NCBI GenBank assembly: GCA_049319825.1
Contig: JBMORT010000002.1
Location: 114,002 to 178,001 of the forward strand
Length of the DNA: 64,000 bases
Reading direction: 5' to 3'
Origin: Patescibacteria group bacterium
Lineage (GTDB): Bacteria > Patescibacteriota > Patescibacteriia > UBA11705 > DATKZF01
Both the position numbers and the translations under genes were made by a program. This document shows positions 55,365 to 64,000 of the stretch, piece after piece. Numbering within the stretch: position 1 is the first letter of the stretch; every line of letters begins with the position of its first letter. The notes under the pieces were generated by a model that saw nothing but the letters and a program-made list of their open reading frames with translations, was not told the DNA's origin and did not search any database.

Positions 55365-57779
55365 GTGTCTCAAATTCGTCGGTTGGCGGTGATCTGTCCG
55401 ATGCGCAGTCATTGCGAAACGATCAGAGCAATTTTCGAAAACGGGGAGGTGTCGACTTTTCTGAAAGAGCATTTCAATCAGGATCTCGAAGAAATGGCCC
55501 GGTGCCAATACCCCTGGGGAATTGTCGCCGGAACCGGAACCGGGAAGACATTTTTCGTCAGGCAGATCGCTCAGACTTTGTTTGGCGAAAATTTCAGCTT
55601 CGATGTCGTCAATCGGGAAGAGGAAGCCACGGAAAAAACATGGCGTTCTGACGTTCTGGTGATCACCAGCGGCGTGGCCATGCACTATTTGAAGGCTGGT
55701 ATTTTTTCCGAAAACGACATTATCATTATCGATGAGATTCATCAAACGTCAGAGCATTTGGAAGTGGCCATGGCTTTGGCCAAAAAGCTGGGTATCACCG
55801 TGTGCTGGATGTCGGCGACGATTGATTCCGATCTTTTCTCGAAATATTTCGGCACCAGCAAGATTTTGGCTTGCGCGATCAGCGATCCGGAAAAGCAGGC
55901 GAGCGTTAAGGTGCTGGAGTTTGCGTCGCGCGCTTCATGGTTTTACCGCTCTGGCATTCAAACTCAGCTGTCGCCGGTCGAGTATTATCTCTCGAGCCAG
56001 GGTGGCCTCAACGACATCATTCAACATAAGCGCGGATCGGTGGTGTTCGTGCCAACCAGGCGAGAAGCCGAGGTTTTCGCCGATAAATACGCGAAGACCG
56101 CCGGGCTGCATGTTGATTTTTATCACGGCGGCGAGAACGCCAAAAAGCTCAGAAAGTACTTGCGGGGAGAGATCGAGCGGCCGTTTTTGATCTTCATGAC
56201 CGCGGCCGGATCTTCATCGCTGAACATTTCCGGGTTGGACACCGTCATCATTCAGGACGAAACTTTTCGGCAGGTCGTTCATTCCGGAGTCAAGGTGCTC
56301 GAAAAGGTCAGTTTGTCAAATAACGACATTCTGCAAATGGCCGGCCGAGTGATCGGCCGAGTCAATGGGGGATCGGTTATTATTTTGACCCATCGGTCGA
56401 TTATTTTCGAAGAACTCCGGCCCCAGTTGCCGGAATTCGTGCTCGGCGGGGATTTGGAGCAAGTGGCGTTGATTTGCGCGCGGCTCGATATTTCGCTTGA
56501 CGAACTCGATCCGATCGGTGATATCGATCGCGACGAATTCGCGCGCATCAGGCAGCTGCTTCGACAACGAAAGTTGATTTCCGAGGACAATAAACTGACC
56601 GGATATGGTGAAAAAATCGACCGTTTACCGGTCAGCCGAGCCTGGGCCGAAAATCTGATCACCGCTGAGCCGGACACAGAGCTATTCGCCGTGGTGCTTG
56701 TTTGCAGCTGCATTAGCTCGCTGTACGACCTGCTTATTCGGAATCAGAAGCAGGAATTTCACGGCATCGCGGAAATGATCATCAGCGGCAACGATTTTTT
56801 GACCGGCTACTCGATCATCGAGGAGGTGGTCAATAACGACGCGTTGTCATACGTTTGGAAAGATAACATCACCGGTGAAACAGAGTATCGCTTCACCAAG
56901 GAATTCCCACACTGGTGTCGTGACAATGGAGTTTCTTCAAAGGCGGTCAGAGAAGTGCTGCTGGCCGTCAAGTCGGTCTGCCGCGCATATCGACAACCCC
57001 TATATCGGGAGCTGCCGGTGATTTCCCCGGGCAATGATCTCGAGGGAAAATTCAACCGGCTGCTGATCGCGGTGCGGTCGCTTGAGTTGGCGGCCCATAA
57101 CGGCCTGACCATCGCCGGCCACATGGTATTTCCGTCCAGCCGCAGTGTCTGTGGCCATAACGTCGGCGGTCAGCGCGCCATGCGCGGAGCAATGATCGGT
57201 CAAAGCCGGGCATTCAAAACCAAAAGCGGCCATCAGCTCCGCAGCTTCGAAGGCGTTGAGCTGAATGTCGATGACATTCATGAATACATCGACGGCATGG
57301 AAGTCGTTGAGGTGGAGATTTCTCCCGACGGATCAAAGGCCATCGTGGCCATTCGCCTTTCGGCCTTCGGTTTTAGCGATTTCATGATGGAAAAAATGGA
57401 GCGCGACCGGTTGCCGACAAATATCGAACCCCAATTTCTTAGCCGCGCGCAATACCATTTTTTCCAGTTGCTGGCCAATTATCCGGAACGATTGATGCCG
57501 GCGGAGCAAGCGGCGGAAAATCGCGCGGTTATCGCCGCGGTGTTGTCGCTCAAAAGAGCGGAGCAACCGCTGGCCTTCTTTTACGAGATGGACGTGGCCC
57601 GCGACTGCTATCGGCATTTGATCGGCGATCGCGTCGTGTACACGACGGCGATGGCCCGTGAGCAGGGAATTGATCTGAAATTGCGGCTCGATTCGTTTTA
57701 TTCGCCCCAGCGCAGAGAGGCGCTGGAATCGGCGAAACTGAGGCAAGCTTTCCGCATCAGCGCGGCACGGCGCTGGTAA
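55365..57779 (+). CDS. DEAH/RHA-like SF2 helicase (accessory)
   Basis: GTGTGKT, IIDEIH, MSAT, QMAGRV.GR; own TTGACA-N17-TATAAT promoter and terminator. Confidence 0.88.
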   Translation: MSQIRRLAVICPMRSHCETIRAIFENGEVSTFLKEHFNQDLEEMARCQYPWGIVAGTGTGKTFFVRQIAQTLFGENFSFDVVNREEEATEKTWRSDVLVITSGVAMHYLKAGIFSENDIIIIDEIHQTSEHLEVAMALAKKLGITVCWMSATIDSDLFSKYFGTSKILACAISDPEKQASVKVLEFASRASWFYRSGIQTQLSPVEYYLSSQGGLNDIIQHKRGSVVFVPTRREAEVFADKYAKTAGLHVDFYHGGENAKKLRKYLRGEIERPFLIFMTAAGSSSLNISGLDTVIIQDETFRQVVHSGVKVLEKVSLSNNDILQMAGRVIGRVNGGSVIILTHRSIIFEELRPQLPEFVLGGDLEQVALICARLDISLDELDPIGDIDRDEFARIRQLLRQRKLISEDNKLTGYGEKIDRLPVSRAWAENLITAEPDTELFAVVLVCSCISSLYDLLIRNQKQEFHGIAEMIISGNDFLTGYSIIEEVVNNDALSYVWKDNITGETEYRFTKEFPHWCRDNGVSSKAVREVLLAVKSVCRAYRQPLYRELPVISPGNDLEGKFNRLLIAVRSLELAAHNGLTIAGHMVFPSSRSVCGHNVGGQRAMRGAMIGQSRAFKTKSGHQLRSFEGVELNVDDIHEYIDGMEVVEVEISPDGSKAIVAIRLSAFGFSDFMMEKMERDRLPTNIEPQFLSRAQYHFFQLLANYPERLMPAEQAAENRAVIAAVLSLKRAEQPLAFFYEMDVARDCYRHLIGDRVVYTTAMAREQGIDLKLRLDSFYSPQRREALESAKLRQAFRISAARRW

Positions 57780-57919
57780 GACCAAGCGATAATTCGTTTG
57801 GTCTTTTTTATTTTATCCGTTGATACTGCGATAACCGTAAATTGACATTATTTTGAAAAATTGCTAAAATAAAAGCAAACTTTTTAATCGAATAATCAAC
57901 AAGTGAAAGGAAAACTCCC

Positions 57920-59908
57920 ATGAATGTCACTGAGTTAGCCAGAATTTTAAAAGTCCCGACCTCCGAGCTATTGGAAAAATTGCCGACGCTCGGTTTTGAT
58001 ATTGGGAGAAAGGCGATAAAAGTTAATGACAAATTGGCTCAGCAGATTATGGTTGCCTGGCGAAATTTTGAAAAACAGCAAATTGAAAAAGAAAAATATT
58101 TGAAGGGTAAAGAGACCGCCGATAAAAAAGATGGAAATGAAAAGGGCGAAGTAAAAATACCTCCGGTGCTGACCGTGCGCGAATTCGCCATGCTCTTAAA
58201 TATGCCCGTAACCGAGCTGATCGCTGAATTAATGAAAAGCGGCGTGATGGCCTCGGTCAATCAGCGCATCGATTACGACACCGCAGCTATTATCGCGGAA
58301 GATTTGGGATTCCAACCCGTGGAAATGGAGCATTCGGAGTTGGAGGAGAAACAGGTGGTGGACAAAGCGCAGCGCGTTAAAGATGTCATCGAAAAAGAAA
58401 CCGATCTGGCGCCGCGTCCGCCGGTCATTGTCGTTTTAGGACATGTTGACCACGGCAAAACCAAACTGCTCGACGCCATCAGACGAACCAATGTCATGGA
58501 AGGCGAAGCCGGCGGCATTACCCAGCACATAGGCGCATATCAGGTTGTGAAAAAGGGGAGAAAAATCACGTTCATCGACACTCCCGGGCATGAAGCTTTC
58601 ACGGCCATGCGCTCGCGAGGGGCAAAAGTGGCTGATATCGCCATTTTAATCATTGCCGCCAATGACGGCATTAAGCCGCAAACAGTTGAAGCGCTTAAAA
58701 TAGCTCAAGATGCCGGACTGCCGATTGTCGTCGCTATCAATAAGATTGATTTGCCCGAAGCCAATGTCGAAAAAGTCAAACAGGAATTGACTCAATACAA
58801 TTTATTGCCGGAAGAATGGGGAGGAAAAACGATTGTCGCTCCGATTTCGGCCAAACAAAATATCGGTATTGACGAATTGCTCGACCAATTGTTATTGGTC
58901 GCGGATTTGGAACAGGAACGCATTGTCGCCAATCCAAACGGTCAATTCATCGGCGCTATCGTGGAATCTCATATCGATGAAAACTTGGGTCCGGTGGCCA
59001 CGGTGCTGGTCAAAAACGGATCGCTGAAAAAAGGAGACGCCTTAACCGATGAGGGGGTATATTACGGCAAGATCAGAGCAATGAAGGATTATAAAGGGGA
59101 CGAAATAAGCCAAGCGGACCCGTCGGTGCCGGTTCAGATCATTGGTTTTAAAGTCGCCCCGAAAGTCGGCGACGTGATTGAAGTGACTGAAGATGTGAAA
59201 AAGGCTAAAAGAAAAGCGGACTATTATAAATTATCAAAACAAGAACAATTTATATCGGTTCAACAACCGGAACAAGAATCCGATCGGGCCGGGGTGACCA
59301 AGCTGAGTATTATTTTACGAACCGACGTGCTGGGGTCTCAAGAGGCGATCATTGAATCTTTGGAAAAATTGGAAAATCAAGATATTAAAATCGATATTGT
59401 CGCTAAAGGACTGGGCAACATTACCGAATCCGACGTCCAAACCGCCGAAGCCAGCAATGCGTTGCTTTTGGGGTTTAATGTGTTGCCCTCTTCGGCCGCG
59501 CAAATTTTGGCGCAGGATAAAGGCATAAAAATCAAAACATTCAAAATAATTTACGAATTGATTGATGAAGTTAAATCCAAGCTGAATGAATTGATCAAGC
59601 CAATCATCATCCGGGATGATTTGGGTAAGATCGAGGTCCTGGCTTTGTTCAGAAAAACAGATAAGGGGCAAATCATCGGCGGCAAGGTTATTTCTGGAAA
59701 AGTCGAGGCGAATGCTCAGGCCGCCGTGTTCAGAAAAGACGAGTTTGTCGGCTTGGGCAAAATCTCGGAACTTCAATCTGGTAAGCAAGAAGTAACCGAC
59801 GTTCAAAAAGGTCAGGAAGCGGGCATGCACTTTATCGGTCAAGTCGAAATCCAAGTCGGCGATACGCTTGATATTTATCGTGAAAGAGAACAAAAGCGCG
59901 TGATTTAA
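57920..59908 (+). CDS. infB: Translation initiation factor IF-2
   Basis: [30 protein letters not shown]. Confidence 0.99.
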   Translation: MNVTELARILKVPTSELLEKLPTLGFDIGRKAIKVNDKLAQQIMVAWRNFEKQQIEKEKYLKGKETADKKDGNEKGEVKIPPVLTVREFAMLLNMPVTELIAELMKSGVMASVNQRIDYDTAAIIAEDLGFQPVEMEHSELEEKQVVDKAQRVKDVIEKETDLAPRPPVIVVLGHVDHGKTKLLDAIRRTNVMEGEAGGITQHIGAYQVVKKGRKITFIDTPGHEAFTAMRSRGAKVADIAILIIAANDGIKPQTVEALKIAQDAGLPIVVAINKIDLPEANVEKVKQELTQYNLLPEEWGGKTIVAPISAKQNIGIDELLDQLLLVADLEQERIVANPNGQFIGAIVESHIDENLGPVATVLVKNGSLKKGDALTDEGVYYGKIRAMKDYKGDEISQADPSVPVQIIGFKVAPKVGDVIEVTEDVKKAKRKADYYKLSKQEQFISVQQPEQESDRAGVTKLSIILRTDVLGSQEAIIESLEKLENQDIKIDIVAKGLGNITESDVQTAEASNALLLGFNVLPSSAAQILAQDKGIKIKTFKIIYELIDEVKSKLNELIKPIIIRDDLGKIEVLALFRKTDKGQIIGGKVISGKVEANAQAAVFRKDEFVGLGKISELQSGKQEVTDVQKGQEAGMHFIGQVEIQVGDTLDIYREREQKRVI

Positions 59909-60113
59909 GTTTTGAAAATAATGATAGAATGTCAAATGCGACGGTGGATTCCAGCTATTGCCTTCACTGCGGCCAAAGATATATAATAAAATAGTCTTAA
60001 ATAAAAATAAAGCCAGACAAGCAAGAAAGTAAAAAAACCAGACAAGTAATAAATTAAAAAACAAGCACTCCTCGAGCCTGAGCGCAGAGGCTCAGGCTTC
60101 GGAGCCGAAGGAC

Positions 60114-60284
60114 AAAAACCAAATAACAAATAGGTAATAAGCTTCAAGTTTCAAATGGAAAAAAACAAAGTTTGGAATTTTGATCATTAGACTTTTAAAA
60201 ATTGTTTGATATTTGGAATTTGTGATGTGGGTTTTACCTACTTGTCGCGCTTGCGTGCCAGCCGTGGCTTCACGCAAAGGCTGG
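60114..60284. repeat. Heptamer-periodic palindrome plus adjacent ~31-nt hairpin micro-element (60254-60284)
   Basis: AAACCAAATAACAAAT...TTGTTTGATATTTGGAATTTGTGATGTGGGTTTT; CGTGCCAGCCGTGGCTTCACGCAAAGGCTGG. Confidence 0.7.
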
Positions 60285-60318
60285 TCTCGCTCGTCTTGCT
60301 CGTCTCGCTTATAATAAT

Positions 60319-60642
60319 ATGGCAGAAATAAAATTTTCTGATGATAATTTCGAATCAGAAGTCCTCGGATTCGAAGGCCCGGTTTTAGTCGACTTTTTCG
60401 CTGATTGGTGCGGCCCTTGCCAGATGCAGGGACCGATCGTCGAAGCGCTCGCTAATGACCTGGAAGGAAAAAACATAAAAGTCGGCAAGCTCAATGTCGA
60501 TGAGAATCCGAAAATGTCGGAAAAATTCGAAATTATGAGCATTCCGACATTGATTATTTTTAAGGACGGCCAAGTCAAGGAAACTTTGCATGGTGTTCAC
60601 GGAAAAGATGATTTAAAAGACAAGCTCGAAGCATTAGTATAA
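60319..60642 (+). CDS. trxA: Thioredoxin
   Basis: WCGPC, SIPT. Confidence 0.97.
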   Translation: MAEIKFSDDNFESEVLGFEGPVLVDFFADWCGPCQMQGPIVEALANDLEGKNIKVGKLNVDENPKMSEKFEIMSIPTLIIFKDGQVKETLHGVHGKDDLKDKLEALV

Positions 60643-60749
60643 TTAAATTTGGGCGCAATGCGTCCTTTTTTTTTCTGTCACCTGACACATAACAAATTGA
60701 AATTTTTGGCTTTGCTCTTTGCTATGTGCTATGTGTTCCATGATGAAAT

Positions 60750-61733
60750 ATGCTAAACAAAAATATCTATGACGTCGTAATAATCGGTGGCGGACCGGCC
60801 GGCCTGACCGCTGCCATTTATGCCGGACGAAGAGAGCTAAAGGCATTGGTTTTAACCAAAGATATTGGCGGCCAAGCGTCCACGACCGATGAAATCGAAA
60901 ATTGGCCCGGAGAAATTTCCATTCTCGGCCCTGAATTAATGAAGAAATTTCAAAAGCAGGCAGAGAAATGGGGCGCAAACATTGAATTCGCCCTGGTCAG
61001 ACAGATAAAAAGAGAAAAAGACATATTTACTGTTGCCACTGATGAAAAAGAATATCACGGCCGGACCGTGATTTTGGCATTCGGACTTTCCCATCGAAAG
61101 CTCGGAGTCGAAGGCGAGAAGGAATATTTGGGCAAAGGTGTCTCCTACTGCGCCACTTGCGACGGCCCGCTTTTTAAAAACAAGGTTGTCGGGGTTATCG
61201 GCGGCGGCAATTCCGCATTAGACGCGGCCGAGTATTTGGCGAAAATCACAGAAAAGGTTTATTTGTTTGTGCGTCGCGACGCTTTTAATGAAAAAACCGA
61301 GCAAGTGTTAATCGATGCGATCGACGATTTGGAAAAGCAAGGTAAAATCGAAGTCAGGTGGAACTCCGAAGTGAAAAAGATCACGGGCGATAAATTTTTG
61401 GAAAAAGTTGAAGTTTTAAATAATAAGACAAATGAAACCAAAGCGGTCGACCTGAAAGGATTGTTTATTGAAATCGGCTTTATGCCGCAAACCGAGGTGG
61501 TCAAGGGCTTGGTTGATCTGGATGAACGGGAGCAGATCATTATTGATCAGGGATGCCAAACAAGCCGGGAAGGAATTTTCGCTGCCGGCGACGTGACGAT
61601 CAGCCCGTTTAAGCAATTGGTAACATCAGCGGGCGAGGGCGCGAAGGCGGCGCTGTCGGCATACCAATATATTCAGCAGCTCAAGGGCGACACTGTCGGT
61701 TCGATCAGGGATTATCGGATGAAAAAGATGTGA
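60750..61733 (+). CDS. trxB: Thioredoxin reductase
   Basis: GGGPAGL, CATCDG, GGGNSA, FAAGDV. Confidence 0.95.
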   Translation: MLNKNIYDVVIIGGGPAGLTAAIYAGRRELKALVLTKDIGGQASTTDEIENWPGEISILGPELMKKFQKQAEKWGANIEFALVRQIKREKDIFTVATDEKEYHGRTVILAFGLSHRKLGVEGEKEYLGKGVSYCATCDGPLFKNKVVGVIGGGNSALDAAEYLAKITEKVYLFVRRDAFNEKTEQVLIDAIDDLEKQGKIEVRWNSEVKKITGDKFLEKVEVLNNKTNETKAVDLKGLFIEIGFMPQTEVVKGLVDLDEREQIIIDQGCQTSREGIFAAGDVTISPFKQLVTSAGEGAKAALSAYQYIQQLKGDTVGSIRDYRMKKM

Positions 61734-61840
61734 GGGTTCCGGACCTACTGAAAACCACGAAAATATATAACAGCGTCTAGTAGTTCAAAATCAGGGATTA
61801 AGTTTTTAAAGGATTAATAATTTTTTAATAAAATTAGGGT

Positions 61841-63067
61841 ATGAGTAATGCCTTTGACAATGCCATGCGGCAGCTGGATAATGCTGCGAAAATAATCAAC
61901 TTGGATAAAAATGTCCATGAAGCGCTAAAAAGGCCTCAAAAATTAATTGAGGTTTCTTTGCCGGTAAAAATGGACGATGGCAGCTTGAAATTTTTTGAGG
62001 GGTATCGAGTTCAATATAATAATTGGCGGGGACCGTTTAAAGGCGGCGTTCGATTTTTTCCGCAAGTGGATAAAGACGAAGTCAAAGCTTTGTCGTTTTG
62101 GATGACCATAAAGTGCGCGGTTCTGGACTTGCCCCTCGGCGGCGGCAAAGGCGGCGTGACTGTGGATCCTAAGACTCTTTCGGAAAAGGAATTGGAAAAT
62201 TTAAGCCGCGCTTATGCCAGCGCTTTATTCAATGACATCGGTCCGGATAAGGACGTGCCCGCGCCCGACGTTTACACCACGCCGCAAATTATGGCCTGGA
62301 TGGCTAATGAGTATTCCAATATCAAAGGCGAGCTGACTCCCGGAGTTATTACCGGAAAGCCGATTGAGGCCGGTGGTTCTGAAGGCAGAGACACTGCCAC
62401 CGCCCAGGGCGGCTATTACCTGATCAAGAGGATAATGGAAATGGAGCAGCGTCGGCCGGAAAATCAAACAGTCGCCATCCAGGGGTTTGGCAATGCCGGA
62501 TCAGTGATGGCAGCGCTGTGCTCAAAGGACGGCCTGAAAGTGGTGGCTGTTTCTGATTCGCGCGGCGGTATTTATAAAGCCGATGGGCTGGATATCGCCC
62601 AGGTGGCGGCGCACAAAGAAAGGAGCGGTACTGTTCAAAATTTCGAAGGGGCGGAAAATATTTCCAACGAACAATTGCTCGAGCTGGATGTTCAAATATT
62701 AATCCCGGCGGCGCTCGAAAATCAGATTACTCAGGACAATGCTGATAAAATCAAAGCGAAAATTATTCTCGAGCTGGCCAATGGGCCGTTGACGCCCGAG
62801 GCGGATGTGATTTTGTTTGAAAAGGGAATTAAGGTCATTCCCGACGTCCTGGCCAATGCCGGCGGCGTGACAGTGTCATATTTTGAATGGTATCAGAATG
62901 TTCACGGACAGAGATGGGTGAAAGAAGAGGTGTTTGAGCGACTGCGTCAGAAAATGAATGAGAATTTTGATAAGGTGTTTGAGAAATCGGGCCAGTATCA
63001 AATTGATATGCGCCGAGCGGCGTTTGTTCTTGCTTTGGAAAGATTGAAGGAGTCATCACCTTATTAA
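61841..63067 (+). CDS. gdhA: Glu/Leu/Phe/Val dehydrogenase (glutamate dehydrogenase)
   Basis: GPFKGG, GGGKGG, DVPAPD, QGFGNAG, ANAGGVTVSYFEW. Confidence 0.93.
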   Translation: MSNAFDNAMRQLDNAAKIINLDKNVHEALKRPQKLIEVSLPVKMDDGSLKFFEGYRVQYNNWRGPFKGGVRFFPQVDKDEVKALSFWMTIKCAVLDLPLGGGKGGVTVDPKTLSEKELENLSRAYASALFNDIGPDKDVPAPDVYTTPQIMAWMANEYSNIKGELTPGVITGKPIEAGGSEGRDTATAQGGYYLIKRIMEMEQRRPENQTVAIQGFGNAGSVMAALCSKDGLKVVAVSDSRGGIYKADGLDIAQVAAHKERSGTVQNFEGAENISNEQLLELDVQILIPAALENQITQDNADKIKAKIILELANGPLTPEADVILFEKGIKVIPDVLANAGGVTVSYFEWYQNVHGQRWVKEEVFERLRQKMNENFDKVFEKSGQYQIDMRRAAFVLALERLKESSPY

Positions 63068-63179
63068 ATAACAAATAAATTCAAAATTCCAATGATCGAA
63101 ATTCCAAACAATGCTTTTGATCATTTGAAAATTGACATTCGGAACTTGTTTGATATTTGTGATTTGAGATTTGGAATTT
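63066..63179. repeat. Heptamer-periodic imperfect palindrome
   Basis: AAATAACAAATAAATTCAAAATTCCAATGATC...GATCATTTGAAA...TTGTTTGATATTTGTGATTTGAGATTTGGAATTT; resembles 60114. Confidence 0.75.
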
Positions 63180-63185
63180 ATTTTC

Positions 63186-63803
63186 ATGCATTACGAAAAA
63201 AAACTCCATCAGCAAGGCTATAAATTTATTGCTGGAATCGACGAAGCCGGAAGAGGGGCCTGGGCCGGGCCCTTATTTGTTGGCGCGGTAATTTTGCCGG
63301 TCGATAATCTGAAGGTATTTAAAGGCATAAAAGATTCAAAAAAAATATTACCGGAAAAAAGAGTTGATTTTTTTGAAATAATCATCTCCCAATCAATTTG
63401 TTACGCCATCGGCAGAGTCGAGAGTCATGAAATCGATCAGCTGGGTATGCAAAGCGCTCATTTGCTGGCAGTGGAGCGAGCTTTTTCGTCTTTGAGCCAA
63501 TATCCTGATTATGTTTTGGTCGATCGGATCGCGAAAGTTAAATTTCCCGTTCCATTTGAAAATGTTATAAAAGGAGATGATAAATTTATAACCGTGGGTG
63601 CCGCTTCCATTATCGCCAAAGTAGCGAGAGACCGAGAAATGACAGCGCTGGCAAAGCAGTATCCACAGTTTGAGTTTAATGAGCATAAAGGCTATGGCAC
63701 GCCGCTGCATCAGAAAAAAATCGCCCAATACGGATTATGCCCGATTCATCGTCGGCTTTTTGGGCCAATCAGGGATATTGACAAAGATCGTCGCCTGTTT
63801 TAA
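63186..63803 (+). CDS. rnhB: Ribonuclease HII
   Basis: GIDEAGRG, DSKK, KGD, AASIIAKVARD, HKGYGT. Confidence 0.97.
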   Translation: MHYEKKLHQQGYKFIAGIDEAGRGAWAGPLFVGAVILPVDNLKVFKGIKDSKKILPEKRVDFFEIIISQSICYAIGRVESHEIDQLGMQSAHLLAVERAFSSLSQYPDYVLVDRIAKVKFPVPFENVIKGDDKFITVGAASIIAKVARDREMTALAKQYPQFEFNEHKGYGTPLHQKKIAQYGLCPIHRRLFGPIRDIDKDRRLF

Positions 63804-63836
63804 TATATCATATAATATTGATAAGGGAGGAAAAAC

Positions 63837-63974
63837 ATGGCATCGCCTTTTTGGCATCAGCTTGGCTGGATCGTGATCACCCTCGGTGTGATGATGGCCG
63901 TCGTGGGCATTAATTTCTTAAAAAGAAAATTTGGAAAAAAAATGTTTGGTCAGAAAAACCGCAGAACTTCATAG
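63837..63974 (+). CDS. 45-aa single-TM small protein
   Basis: AGGGAGG SD; MASPFWHQLGWIVITLGVMMAVVGINFLKRKFGKKMFGQKNRRTS; below the ORF-track cutoff. Confidence 0.6.
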   Translation: MASPFWHQLGWIVITLGVMMAVVGINFLKRKFGKKMFGQKNRRTS

Positions 63975-64000
63975 AGTTCTGTTTTTATTTTTCGAAAGGC

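Overview
Bacterial chromosomal window with the hallmarks of a Patescibacteria (CPR, Parcubacteria/ABY1-like) genome using genetic code 11. The lineage call is inferred from gene content, CPR-type protein domains and the general lack of SD sequences before core genes. Housekeeping genes dominate: recA, tsaD, tsaE, pilB-like ATPase, ychF, a csoR/copA copper locus, groEL/groES, yidC, nusA, rpsF-ssb-rpsR-efp, msrB, tRNA-Glu, rpmF, hppA, rny, rpsA, gyrA, nrnA, rbfA, murE, rpoB/rpoC, ftsH, infB, trxA/trxB, gdhA and rnhB. Single accessory genes sit between them, mostly with their own promoter, SD and terminator. The most striking signal is non-coding. (1) A family of ~30-nt hairpin micro-elements (CYTG foot plus covarying stem) inserts without target duplication. 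It nests inside itself at the same position twice and interrupts three tandem copies of the tRNA-Glu 5' end. (2) About ten 7/9-nt-periodic imperfect palindromes lie at gene boundaries, and one of them brackets a frameshifted GxxExxY nuclease-like gene. (3) There are several promoter-driven long-hairpin RNA candidates, including a 6S-like hairpin upstream of rny. (4) A 189-bp tandem duplication lies in the groES leader. No CRISPR array, integrase or transposase was found in the window.
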